A stretch of DNA of 32,000 nucleotides from Parasynechococcus marenigrum WH 8102. GTDB lineage: Bacteria; Cyanobacteriota; Cyanobacteriia; PCC-6307; Cyanobiaceae. The first letter of the stretch is position 1; each line of letters starts with the position of its first letter. Both the position numbers and the translations under genes were made by a program. The notes under the pieces were generated by a model. The model saw nothing but the letters and a program-made list of their open reading frames with translations. It was not told the DNA's origin and made no database searches. The stretch is from the NCBI RefSeq assembly GCF_000195975.1, contig NC_005070.1:1830001-1862000 (forward strand), written 5' to 3'. Below are positions 10,024 through 17,966 of the stretch, piece after piece.

Positions 10024-11706
10024 ATGGCTTTGATTCACGGCTTGCACACACGCAATCTGCGGGGGGACCTGCTGGGGGGGCTGACCGCAGCCGTCGTGGC
10101 TTTGCCTCTGGCTCTGGCGTTCGGTAATGCAGCCCTTGGTCCCGGTGGAGCCATTTACGGGCTTTATGGCGCCATCGTCACGGGATTTGTCGCAGCCCTG
10201 CTTGGGGGAACTCCGTCCCAGGTGAGCGGGCCAACGGGGCCCATGAGCGTCACGGTGGCAGGGGTGGTCTCCAGCCTGGCTGCTGTCGGTGTGTCCACAG
10301 ACCTCTCGGCTGGCGAGATGTTGCCGTTGGTGATGGCTGCAGTTGCCATCGGTGGCGTCTTCGAAGCACTGCTCGGCGTGCTTCGCCTGGGACGTTTCAT
10401 CACCCTGGTGCCCTATTCGGTGGTTTCGGGGTTCATGTCGGGGATCGGCATCATCATCTTGATCCTGCAACTTGGGCCGTTCGTTGGTGTGACCACAACG
10501 GGGGGAGTCGTCGGATGTCTGAGCACACTTGCCGAATTGCCGATACCGAATCCCTCAGCGATCAGCATCGGCGTGATGACCCTTGCAGTGGTCTTCCTCA
10601 CACCAGCACGGATTCGCCAATGGGTGCCATCACCACTGTTGGCCCTGCTCATCGTGACGCCGTTGTCGATGTTGATGTTCAACGACGATCGGTTGCAGTC
10701 GCTGGGGTTGGAGCCACTCAACCGCATCGGTGCCATTCCAGAGGGAGGGCTCCGTTTTGTCCTGCCGGACTTCAGTCAATATCTGCCGGAACTGCTCAAA
10801 GCAGGCCTTGTTCTGGCTTTGCTTGGAGCGATCGACTCGCTGTTGACGTCCCTTGTAGCCGACAACATCACCCAGACGAACCATGACTCCAACCGGGAGC
10901 TGATTGGTCAGGGGATCGCGAACACTGCGTCTGGACTTCTGTCAGGACTGCCTGGTGCTGGAGCCACGATGCGGACTGTCATCAACATCAAATCGGGGGG
11001 AACGACGCCGCTGTCTGGCATGACCCACTCCGTCGTGCTGCTGCTGGTGCTTCTCGGTGCAGGCACCATGGCTGCGCAAATTCCGACTGCCTTACTTGCT
11101 GGAATCCTGATCAAAGTGGGGCTCGACATCATCGACTGGGGCTTCCTTTTCAGAGCCCATCGGCTTTCGGTCAAAACCGCTGCATTGATGTATGCCGTGA
11201 TGCTGATGACCGTCTTCTGGGACCTGATCTGGGGGGTATTGGTCGGGATGTTCGTCGCCAATCTGCTGACGGTGGACGCCATCACGCAGACCCAGCTGCA
11301 GGGGATGGATGAGGACAACCCTCACAAGGGGAACAACCTCCAGATCGAGAACCTGAGTGCAGAGGAGCGGAGGCTTATGGAAAGCTGTGGAAACCAATTG
11401 ATGCTGTTCCGGCTGCGCGGGCCTCTGAGCTTTGGAGCAGCCAAAGGCATCAGCGCTCGCATGGGTCTCGTCAGCAACTACCAGGTGCTCATCCTGGACA
11501 TCACGGACGTGCCCCGCATGGGCGTCACTGCCGCACTGGCCGTGGAACGCATGGTGGAAGAAGCGGAATCACTGGGGCGAATGGTGCTTGTGGCAGGAGC
11601 CAATGAGCGCCTTCGCGAACGATTAACAAACTTTGGCGTCAGACATATTTTGTCGAAGCGTATCGAGGCACTGGAGATTGCAAGCAAGCGACTCAATCAC
11701 CCTTAG
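10024..11706 (+). CDS. SulP-family anion transporter with C-terminal STAS domain (BicA-like bicarbonate/sulfate permease)
   Basis: The 560-aa polytopic membrane protein has SulP motifs (DLLGGLTAAVVALPLALAFG, IDSLLTSLVAD). The C-terminal STAS region reads MLFRLRGPLSFGAA...ILDITDV. Confidence 0.9.
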   Translation: MALIHGLHTRNLRGDLLGGLTAAVVALPLALAFGNAALGPGGAIYGLYGAIVTGFVAALLGGTPSQVSGPTGPMSVTVAGVVSSLAAVGVSTDLSAGEMLPLVMAAVAIGGVFEALLGVLRLGRFITLVPYSVVSGFMSGIGIIILILQLGPFVGVTTTGGVVGCLSTLAELPIPNPSAISIGVMTLAVVFLTPARIRQWVPSPLLALLIVTPLSMLMFNDDRLQSLGLEPLNRIGAIPEGGLRFVLPDFSQYLPELLKAGLVLALLGAIDSLLTSLVADNITQTNHDSNRELIGQGIANTASGLLSGLPGAGATMRTVINIKSGGTTPLSGMTHSVVLLLVLLGAGTMAAQIPTALLAGILIKVGLDIIDWGFLFRAHRLSVKTAALMYAVMLMTVFWDLIWGVLVGMFVANLLTVDAITQTQLQGMDEDNPHKGNNLQIENLSAEERRLMESCGNQLMLFRLRGPLSFGAAKGISARMGLVSNYQVLILDITDVPRMGVTAALAVERMVEEAESLGRMVLVAGANERLRERLTNFGVRHILSKRIEALEIASKRLNHP

Positions 11707-11990
11707 AAACACAAGATCTTTGCGCAACAACCATCGCGAACAAAGATAACTTCAAATCAATCGATGCATTGATAATCGGTCAAAACCAAGCCCAATAGCC
11801 CGATCCAAAAGCTCAGCCGCGCGGCAATTTAATGGAGTTTAATCAAAATCCGCCCGAGCCTCGACGAAGCGAGAAGCAGATACATTTCCACAAGCAAAAC
11901 AAAAGCAAGAACAACCTAAACCAACATCAATCGCAACAAAAACCCCGCACATTCAATCGATCAAGCAAATTCTTACAGCCAGCAAAAAAT

Positions 11991-12626
11991 TCAACTCTGT
12001 ATTCCAACCGAATGCATTCTCACATCCTGTGGGTCATCAAGCTTTCCATCAAGAGCCCGCGACTCATGTTCAGCCAGCTCCTCCAACCGTGGTTTGATCA
12101 CCTCTCTAGACCATCGGGATTCGGCGAGAGTCCAATAAAGTCCAAAATGGCGTGCTTCGCTCGTCAACAGGTCTCCATACAACTGGCGCAGCTCTGGATC
12201 TGGACTGTGCTCAGCCAGCAAAGCCATGCGCTCATGGGAGCGCGCTTCGATCAAGCCGGCTACAAGAAAGGAATCCAGCATTCGGTGGGGCTCCGCTTTG
12301 CGAATGTGCTTGGCAAGCTCCGCTCCATAGCCAGGGGAAGGAAGAGGCTCTAAGTAACGTCCACGGGCTTTGATCACAACCAGAACTTGTTCAAAATGCT
12401 CCAGCTCTTCACGGGCCAAGGGGCTCAGCACTTCACCAAGACCGGGCTCACACAGATAACGAAACATCATCTGGACAGCAGAGCCAGCCGCTTTGCGTTC
12501 GCAATGGGCATGGTCGATCAACACCTCCACTGGGCAGGCATTGGCCTGTTCCACCCAGCTCCAGCTGGTGGGTGCCTTCAACCAGCGGATCGAAGCGACT
12601 GACTTATCCGGAGTGGACACGGTCAT
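11991..12626 (-). CDS. miaE: tRNA-(ms2io6A37)-hydroxylase MiaE family di-iron protein
   Basis: [38 protein letters not shown] and [10 protein letters not shown] align with the four helix motifs of enterobacterial MiaE. Confidence 0.85.
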   Translation of the reverse strand: MTVSTPDKSVASIRWLKAPTSWSWVEQANACPVEVLIDHAHCERKAAGSAVQMMFRYLCEPGLGEVLSPLAREELEHFEQVLVVIKARGRYLEPLPSPGYGAELAKHIRKAEPHRMLDSFLVAGLIEARSHERMALLAEHSPDPELRQLYGDLLTSEARHFGLYWTLAESRWSREVIKPRLEELAEHESRALDGKLDDPQDVRMHSVGIQS

Positions 12627-13063
12627 CCGTTCTGCCGAAGGTGATCAATGAGGCCTTGCAGGGCCAGTGAGTAGCTCATTGCCCCGAAACCGGAAACCAC
12701 GCCAACAGCGCGATCAGCCAGGTAAGAGCGATGTCGAAACGGCTCCCGGGCATGGGTGTTGCTGAGGTGCAGCTCCACGTAGGGAATCGCTACCCCCAGC
12801 AGAGCATCCCTCAGCGCAATGGAGGTGTGGGTGAATGCGCCGGCATTGATCAGGATCCCCTGGCTAGCCCCAATGGCCTGATGGATCCGTTCCACAAGAG
12901 CCCCTTCGAAGTTGCTCTGGAAGCACTCCAGCACCGCCCCCGCGGCAGTGGCCTCCTGCCTCAGGCCGTCTTCGATCGATGCCAGCGTTCCACTGCCGTA
13001 GATCCCTGGCTCACGCTGGCCCAGCAGATTGAGGTTGGGTCCGTTCAGCAGCAGCAGGTGCAT
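12623..13063 (-). CDS. aroQ: Type II 3-dehydroquinate dehydratase
   Basis: The 146-aa protein starts [23 protein letters not shown] and contains [15 protein letters not shown] and HLSN. There is a 4-nt overlap with miaE, suggesting an operon. Confidence 0.95.
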   Translation of the reverse strand: MHLLLLNGPNLNLLGQREPGIYGSGTLASIEDGLRQEATAAGAVLECFQSNFEGALVERIHQAIGASQGILINAGAFTHTSIALRDALLGVAIPYVELHLSNTHAREPFRHRSYLADRAVGVVSGFGAMSYSLALQGLIDHLRQNG

Positions 13064-13147
13064 GGCCGCAGGCCTGTTTCAGCTGGGCTGATCGTATCGA
13101 TTCGGTCGTGAGCGTCACACCGGCTGGTAAGTTCTTCCGGTGTGGTT

Positions 13148-13230
13148 CGGGTCGGTGCCCGAGTGGTTAATGGGGGCGGACTGTAAATCCGCTGGCTCTG
13201 CCTACGTTGGTTCAAATCCAACCCGGCCCA
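13148..13230 (+). tRNA. trnY: tRNA-Tyr (anticodon GTA), long variable arm
   Basis: The acceptor stem pairs GGGTCGG with CCGGCCC. The anticodon loop is CTGTAAA and the T-loop is GGTTCAAATCC. The overall sequence is very close to plastid/cyanobacterial trnY-GUA. No CCA is encoded. Confidence 0.9.
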
Positions 13231-13240
13231 TCCTCCACAT

Positions 13241-13312
<72 letters not shown>

Positions 13313-13317
13313 CTCAC

Positions 13318-13340
13318 AAATCTCTCGGCACCAGAGATTT
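13318..13340 (+). other. 8-bp hairpin immediately 3' of tRNA-Thr
   Basis: AAATCTCT-cggcacc-AGAGATTT lies 5 nt after the tRNA end. It could be a tRNA operon terminator or processing structure, or a recombinase site. Confidence 0.3.
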
Positions 13341-13387
13341 GCAGTCAGGCAGCGGAATCCGGCGTAAAACTGCGTTGTATCGCTGCG

Positions 13388-14308
13388 ATGCCTCGCCAAA
13401 ATCAAGACGTTCCTTACGTCCGCAGGGACCGAGGCGATCGGACGCTGTACTACAGGCAAATACCTGGCCGCCTTCGTCCTCATTTCGACAACAGGCGAAC
13501 CTGGAATCGAGCGTTACCAGGAAACCCAGGGGCCGCGGCATGGCACCGGGCCTATGCGGCAGCTCATTCCGAATTTGAAGATTTACTTCAGGCAGCCAAA
13601 GCTGCAACTGCTGAACATGACCCGCCAAAGGGCCAATTCACGGCAAGTGCTGAGCGCCAATTCAGGATGCGACAGCGGGACATCGCGGCAGTAGCAGCAG
13701 ATCCTCTGCGGAAAATGCTGCGGAGAATCCGAGGGGAGGACGTTGAAGCCGACTTCTCCGGGCTAGAGCCCCTCTGCAGAAAGCTCTTTGAGCTGATCGG
13801 TCCTGATTGGGAGGGCATGGGTCGAGATCAGTGCCTGAAGCAGCTCATGAAGCGGCTTGAGCAGCTCGCGCGAAACGATCGGGAGCAAGTGATCTACCTA
13901 ATTGTTCTGATTAAACACACTTTGCTGGAGACGACGTTGGCATCAACGCAGATCACCCCAGATCTGGACGATCAGCGGCGTATCAGCAAGCAGATGGGGC
14001 GATATCTCGGGGACCTGGCTGGCGACGTAGAGCGATTGGCCCAAGGTGACTATCGGCCTGGGGATTTGGAAGCGAAATCTCCCGAATTGCCTAAGCGAGT
14101 GACGACTTGGGAGGACTGCCTCTCTGCGTGGAGCAGGAAGCAGGGAAGCGTCCGAAAAGTTGATGGGTTTGGGGTGAGTGAGAAAAGAGAGCAAAAGCAC
14201 CGGCGCTCCATCCGCCAGATTCAGGATTGGACGGAAGAGCAGACCGGGCGAAGACTGGAAGCCGGCGAGATGACACCAATATTACAATCAATACCAAAGA
14301 CAAATTAG
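13388..14308 (+). pseudogene. Tyrosine-recombinase (phage integrase) N-terminal part only; catalytic domain missing
   Basis: The N-terminus MPRQNQDVPYVRRDRGDRTLYYRQIPGRLRPHF resembles the arm-binding N-terminal domain of island integrases (DUF6538-like). The stretch TWEDCLSAWSRK...SEKREQKHRRSIRQIQDW resembles the start of the SAM-like core-binding domain. No R...HxxR...Y catalytic region follows. The ORF runs into AT-rich DNA at about 14270 and stops. Confidence 0.6.
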
Positions 14309-14331
14309 TTGTTGAGAAGCTTTATTTGGTT

Positions 14332-14463
14332 ATGAATATGGAGGATTATTGGGGAATGAAAGATGAAGAAAACTGGATGTACGGTAACTACGAAAATCAA
14401 TTGTTACTAATCACAGCATTTTTATGCTTTCTGGTCCCTAGCCTTAGCGGACTTGTTTTTTGA
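14332..14463 (+). CDS. Possible 43-aa membrane peptide
   Basis: The peptide is MNMEDYWGMKDEENWMYGNYENQLLLITAFLCFLVPSLSGLVF. Its stop lies 2 nt before the ATG of the next gene. No family is recognised. Confidence 0.2.
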   Translation: MNMEDYWGMKDEENWMYGNYENQLLLITAFLCFLVPSLSGLVF

Positions 14464-14465
14464 CC

Positions 14466-14753
14466 ATGCGTCTTTCTCGCTCAAGAATCTCAACAAAGCA
14501 CGATTTCGAATATGCGGTCAAGTGGGAAAACTTGAGAGCTGCGTACTTCCGGGCCAATGGTCAACCTGCTCGGGCTGACGATTGCACCAAAAACATCAGT
14601 GAGCTTGAATGGCGACTAGCAATGCTTCCAACAGCCGAGCAGACCGAAACGCCCATTGCTGATGGCTTTGTCGATGCTGAGTGGAGCACAGCTGCCGAAA
14701 CGATGACCAATGCAGGTTGGCATCAAGAAGTGAAGGAACCTGTCGCCGTCTGA
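14466..14753 (+). CDS. Small protein, FEYA-WE-ELEWR family, copy 1
   Basis: MRLSRSRISTKHDFEYAVKWENLRAAYFRANGQPARADDCTKNISELEWRLAMLPTAEQ... is clearly paralogous to 14859-15065 and 23460-23711. Confidence 0.6.
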   Translation: MRLSRSRISTKHDFEYAVKWENLRAAYFRANGQPARADDCTKNISELEWRLAMLPTAEQTETPIADGFVDAEWSTAAETMTNAGWHQEVKEPVAV

Positions 14754-14858
14754 CAAAGTTCGCCTACAGAAACCTAAAAAGCAGGAAAAAGAGATACAAC
14801 ATTACTCAACCTTGCGTGTCAACTAATAGTTAGCCTCGCAGACATTTAATTGAATCTC

Positions 14859-15065
14859 ATGCCACGTTTCCGCAAAGGTCAATTATCTACAAAGACAGAT
14901 TTCGAATATGCAATCTATTGGGAGTATTTAAGAGAGGAGTATTTTAGAGTTAAGGGAAATCAACCCAAGTCTGATGAATGTCAAGGCAGAATCAAAGAAC
15001 TAGAATGGCGCTACGCAACAAGATTCGGTGGGTATGAAGTCGATACCTCTTCAAACAATAATTAA
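14859..15065 (+). CDS. Small protein, FEYA-WE-ELEWR family, copy 2
   Basis: MPRFRKGQLSTKTDFEYAIYWEYLREEYFRVKGNQPKSDECQGRIKELEWRYA... carries the same motif order as copies 1 and 3. Confidence 0.6.
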   Translation: MPRFRKGQLSTKTDFEYAIYWEYLREEYFRVKGNQPKSDECQGRIKELEWRYATRFGGYEVDTSSNNN

Positions 15066-15190
15066 AAAGATATTGGCGTAAAGCCATCCGACAAAATCTT
15101 TATAAAGGCCTAAAACTGATAAAAAGTTTGCGAGACATCTAATATCCTCTGACAAGACTTATCCGGCTGAACAAAAAAAATAAACATCGA

Positions 15191-15526
15191 CTATGGACAA
15201 TTGATTCTTTCCATCCCAGCTTTGATTGTCTGCTCTTGTTCTCTAAGCTGTTCTATCTCAGCAACAGCTGGAATAGCAGGCACAAAGGCGTTGACTTGCA
15301 CTGTAAGCAGGTTGACTTCTTCATTCTTTATTTCACGCAATGCATTCGCACCTGATAGACAAGCAAGAGTTATTGACTTCAGGTCGGCATCATCTTTGTT
15401 CTCTACCTTCTTGATTGATGAGATTGCTGACTGTATATTCTCCATCAGGTTTCCAGTCATTGCGAATACTGTAGTTGGAGTAAGTGCAAGTAATGCACAC
15501 AGAATTATTCCGAGTAATCGGTTCAT
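15191..15526 (-). CDS. Secreted hypothetical protein
   Basis: The 111-aa protein has a clear signal peptide, MNRLLGIILCALLALTPTTVFA. The mature part is helical and charged with 2 Cys. No family is recognised. Confidence 0.6.
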   Translation of the reverse strand: MNRLLGIILCALLALTPTTVFAMTGNLMENIQSAISSIKKVENKDDADLKSITLACLSGANALREIKNEEVNLLTVQVNAFVPAIPAVAEIEQLREQEQTIKAGMERINCP

Positions 15527-15576
15527 ATCAAATAGTGGCTTCAGTCAATTCTAATTTCTACAGCCAATGAAGCAAT

Positions 15577-15647
15577 AGCTATCTGTTGTGAGTACGCCGG
15601 CTAACGCCGGCTTTAAAGATTGATGTTCATAAGGGAGTTAACCCCCA
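15577..15647 (+). promoter_or_regulatory. Conserved leader with GCCGGC-TAAC-GCCGGC hairpin (copy A)
   Basis: AGCTATCTGT lies at 15577-15586, the hairpin at 15596-15611 followed by TTT, and the ATG 36 nt later. The same blocks occur in the same order and spacing upstream of the paralogous gene at 24064. Confidence 0.4.
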
Positions 15648-16363
15648 ATGACATTCTCCTCTGTGCCCATTGCTTCAGATCAGTTCGACCAACTTGCGGA
15701 AGACATTCCTGGGTTTACCAGCGATGAAAAACTGCTAAAGGAAACGCTCCAAACAACCATCTTTGTGTCAGGAGCATCATCCTCTTCTGATGGCCGTGCT
15801 TCCTACATTCTTGGAAATGATGGTGAAAGAGTGTGGCTACCAAATACGCTCGCTTGTTGGGTTAACAATCTTAAAATCGTGACTCAAACCTATGAACAGT
15901 ACGATCCAGTTGAAAAGCTGCTTGTTTATGTGACAAGCATCAATTCCACATCATGGATATAACGCACGGGCTTGGATTCATGGGCAAGTTCATCATTGCT
16001 TACAAACATCAAATCCATGTCACCAGCAATGATCAATGAGCGTGTTCAAATCAGCCTGAAGCCTAAAGGTCGCGCGTGTTTCATTGATGTTTCTGCAATC
16101 ACAGAAGATCAATCTGATTACAAGCGTGTTCAAATCAAGGAGGCTGACTTAGGCCGCAAGCTCGGATACACCGAGATGCTCGATGTCATTTCGTATTCTA
16201 TCTGGCACAATCCAGCATGGGAGCCCAGATGGCTACAGCATCCGTCGAACCCAAGCAGCTACCAGCAACCTCTGAGACCTCTTCAGAAGCTCTTGAAGCT
16301 ATGGCTAAACCCACGCGATCTAGGCGCAAGTCCAAAGCACCTGCAAAGGCTACAACCGCATGA
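15648..16363 (+). pseudogene. Disrupted paralog of the 237-aa island protein (24064-24777)
   Basis: The sequence is collinear with the intact copy over the whole length, at roughly half of positions identical. An in-frame TAA at 15963-15965 sits where the paralog has Tyr (WI*RTG versus WSYRTG). A 1-nt frameshift lies near 16197. After it, the homologous C-terminus (LAQSSMGAQMATASVEPKQLPATSETSSEALEAMAKPTRSRRKSKAPAKATTA*) is read in another frame and ends at 16363. Confidence 0.7.
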
Positions 16364-16369
16364 ATACAT

Positions 16370-16398
16370 AGCCTCGCATTTCTAGCGGGGCTTTTTTT
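16370..16398 (+). terminator. Rho-independent terminator
   Basis: The hairpin AGCCTCGC-atttcta-GCGGGGCT is followed by a run of 7 T. Confidence 0.6.
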
Positions 16399-16408
16399 GA
16401 TACTTGAT

Positions 16409-16433
16409 AGCCGGTTAACACCGGCTGTTTTTT
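16409..16433 (+). terminator. Second tandem rho-independent terminator
   Basis: The hairpin AGCCGG-ttaaca-CCGGCT is followed by GTTTTTT. Confidence 0.6.
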
Positions 16434-16522
16434 AGTGGTCGAAATGTAAAAGATGGATAGTTCCAACCAGGATCTCGAGGCATCAACAACTTCGGCCACC
16501 AAACCCACTAACTACTCACACT

Positions 16523-16744
16523 ATGCGCTTCAAAATCCCAGGTCGCAACATCCATGTTCGCGTTGTCGAACGTGTTGCCACCTCCGACCCTCAGTACGAC
16601 ATCTTTGATGTAGGTATTTAATACGAAGATGGATCTATCGATTCACTCGTCGTGCCAGGGAGTGGCTCTTACAATTCAGCAAAGGCTTTTTTCAAACCTA
16701 TTGACGACAAAGCACAGACAAAAGAATCAATTGCTACAGTCTGA
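16523..16744 (+). pseudogene. Small ORF interrupted by an in-frame TAA
   Basis: MRFKIPGRNIHVRVVERVATSDPQYDIFDVGI is followed by TAA at 16619-16621. The same frame then continues YEDGSIDSLVVPGSGSYNSAKAFFKPIDDKAQTKESIATV and ends at TGA 16742-16744, followed by a strong terminator. Confidence 0.35.
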
Positions 16745-16752
16745 ATAAATTT

Positions 16753-16778
16753 GCCTGCAATAACTGCAGGCTTTTTTT
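16753..16778 (+). terminator. Rho-independent terminator
   Basis: The hairpin GCCTGCA-ataac-TGCAGGC is followed by TTTTTTT. Confidence 0.7.
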
Positions 16779-17185
16779 ATTTTGCCCTTATCTTTAGACT
16801 TGCATTGCTAGCTATACACGCGAATATTTAATTAATTGACTTTCTAGCCATGGGTATTTTTGCTGCCACATTATCGAGCGTAAGCATTTTAATTTCTATC
16901 CCACTTATCCAAACGTATTTTAAGACTAACGAATCAAAACAGGCAATATTGATGGATTGTATTAGCAGGCAAATCATATCTCCGCTATGCACTGATTTGC
17001 GTCTTCGAAATCCAGGCAAAACTTACGCTGGACATTAACGAACGTGTAAGTTTTTAGAAGTGTTACAAAACTTAATAGGATCTGTTCCGTGTCACGTTCT
17101 ATGCTCTGTTCCATGTTTGTTCCGTTACACTCACAGGGCCAAAACCTTTGATATGACACGAACGTGCACGTCTACTTCTGAAGGC

Positions 17186-17290
17186 TCATCCTTTTGCTTC
17201 CGCCGTCGTGATCTTGTAGATATTCAGAGCGAAAAGAGCCATGCCGGCACTGAGGAAAAGCACGAGCAGGTCTTGAGTGCCGAAGGCCAT
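17186..17290 (-). CDS. Possible 34-aa single-TM peptide
   Basis: The peptide is MAFGTQDLLVLFLSAGMALFALNIYKITTAEAKG. It is below the ORF-track cutoff and I found it by manual translation. No family is recognised. Confidence 0.2.
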   Translation of the reverse strand: MAFGTQDLLVLFLSAGMALFALNIYKITTAEAKG

Positions 17291-17393
17291 CGGTTCGCGT
17301 AACAGAACTTTGTCAACTATTGTATCGGGGTGCGCCTGGTTTCGCACTGCGTCGTTTCTCTAGGGCTGTGAGGGCACGGCCTTGCTTTCTCCT

Positions 17394-17588
17394 ATGACTC
17401 ACCCGTTCGGCGCCACGAAGACTGATCTCGAAAAAGCCTTCCGTCTGAAGGCTGCTTCGAAGTCAAAGACCAACAAACAAAAGCTGGAGTCCCTGGAGTT
17501 CACCGAATCAGAGCTGGCGACGATCCTCTTTGAGCATCCGATCTTGGGCTCCCTAGCGGACTATCCAAATGGCCGCCTACTCGGATAG
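17394..17588 (+). CDS. Small hypothetical protein sharing its C-terminal 27 aa with 18199-18378
   Basis: The protein is MTHPFGATKTDLEKAFRLKAASKSKTNKQKLESLEFTESELATILFEHPILGSLADYPNGRLLG. Its 3' part lies inside direct repeat R1. Confidence 0.45.
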   Translation: MTHPFGATKTDLEKAFRLKAASKSKTNKQKLESLEFTESELATILFEHPILGSLADYPNGRLLG

Positions 17589-17699
17589 CTAGCCAACTGG
17601 CTACTCAGTTAAGGCGCAGCATCCTCCAGGGCCTAACGGCTCCAAGGAAGAGGAGCTTCTGAGCTAAGGCCGCGATAAGAACGCTGATCCTCCCTAGCC
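17491..17699 (+). repeat. Direct repeat R1 (~205 bp)
   Basis: R1 aligns with 18282-18483 at high identity, with a few substitutions and one indel near the 3' end. It covers the last ~30 codons of a small ORF plus ~110 nt downstream. Confidence 0.85.
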
Positions 17700-17720
17700 A
17701 CGGCAATAACCCACTAATCA

Positions 17721-17966
17721 TTAGGTTGATTGGAGAGATTCAACTGTGTTGTGCAATTCGCCTATATCCCTCAAACCTTCAACAGAAAACCAAGGAGAGT
17801 TCTCCCAACTGAAACCTTCCCCCATCGTGGAATCAGGGGCAGTGATGTACCAGTGACATGCAGTATCTGGTACATCAACGGCACACTTGCTCCAGTCATC
17901 TTGCCACTGGGGAACTTGAACCCACATCAGAGCTGCGAACACGAGAGAGAAAACAGACTTCATCAT
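17721..17966 (-). CDS. Secreted small protein (81 aa)
   Basis: The signal peptide is MMKSVFSLVFAALMWVQV and the mature part is Trp/Cys-containing. Its start overlaps the upstream gene's stop in an ATGA arrangement. Confidence 0.55.
   Translation of the reverse strand: MMKSVFSLVFAALMWVQVPQWQDDWSKCAVDVPDTACHWYITAPDSTMGEGFSWENSPWFSVEGLRDIGELHNTVESLQST

Noticed and set aside
9730-10470. 246-aa ORF on the minus strand
   Set aside because: It spans the antisense of both the thioredoxin-fold gene and the 5' end of the SulP permease. The translation is not protein-like (many His, Gln, Arg, Cys), and both sense genes are strongly supported.
11832-12353. 173-aa plus-strand ORF starting in the SulP-miaE spacer
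   Set aside because: The N-terminal half is low-complexity N/Q/K/P sequence from the A+C-rich spacer. The remainder is antisense to miaE, whose di-iron motifs are clear.
16828-17159. Three 61-63-codon ORFs (16828-17019 minus, 16850-17038 plus, 16974-17159 minus) in the AT-rich segment
   Set aside because: They overlap one another on both strands in very AT-rich DNA, where stop-free runs of this length still occur by chance. There are no RBS or paralog support. The plus-strand ORF (MGIFAATLSSVSILISIPLI...) has a hydrophobic start and cannot be fully excluded.
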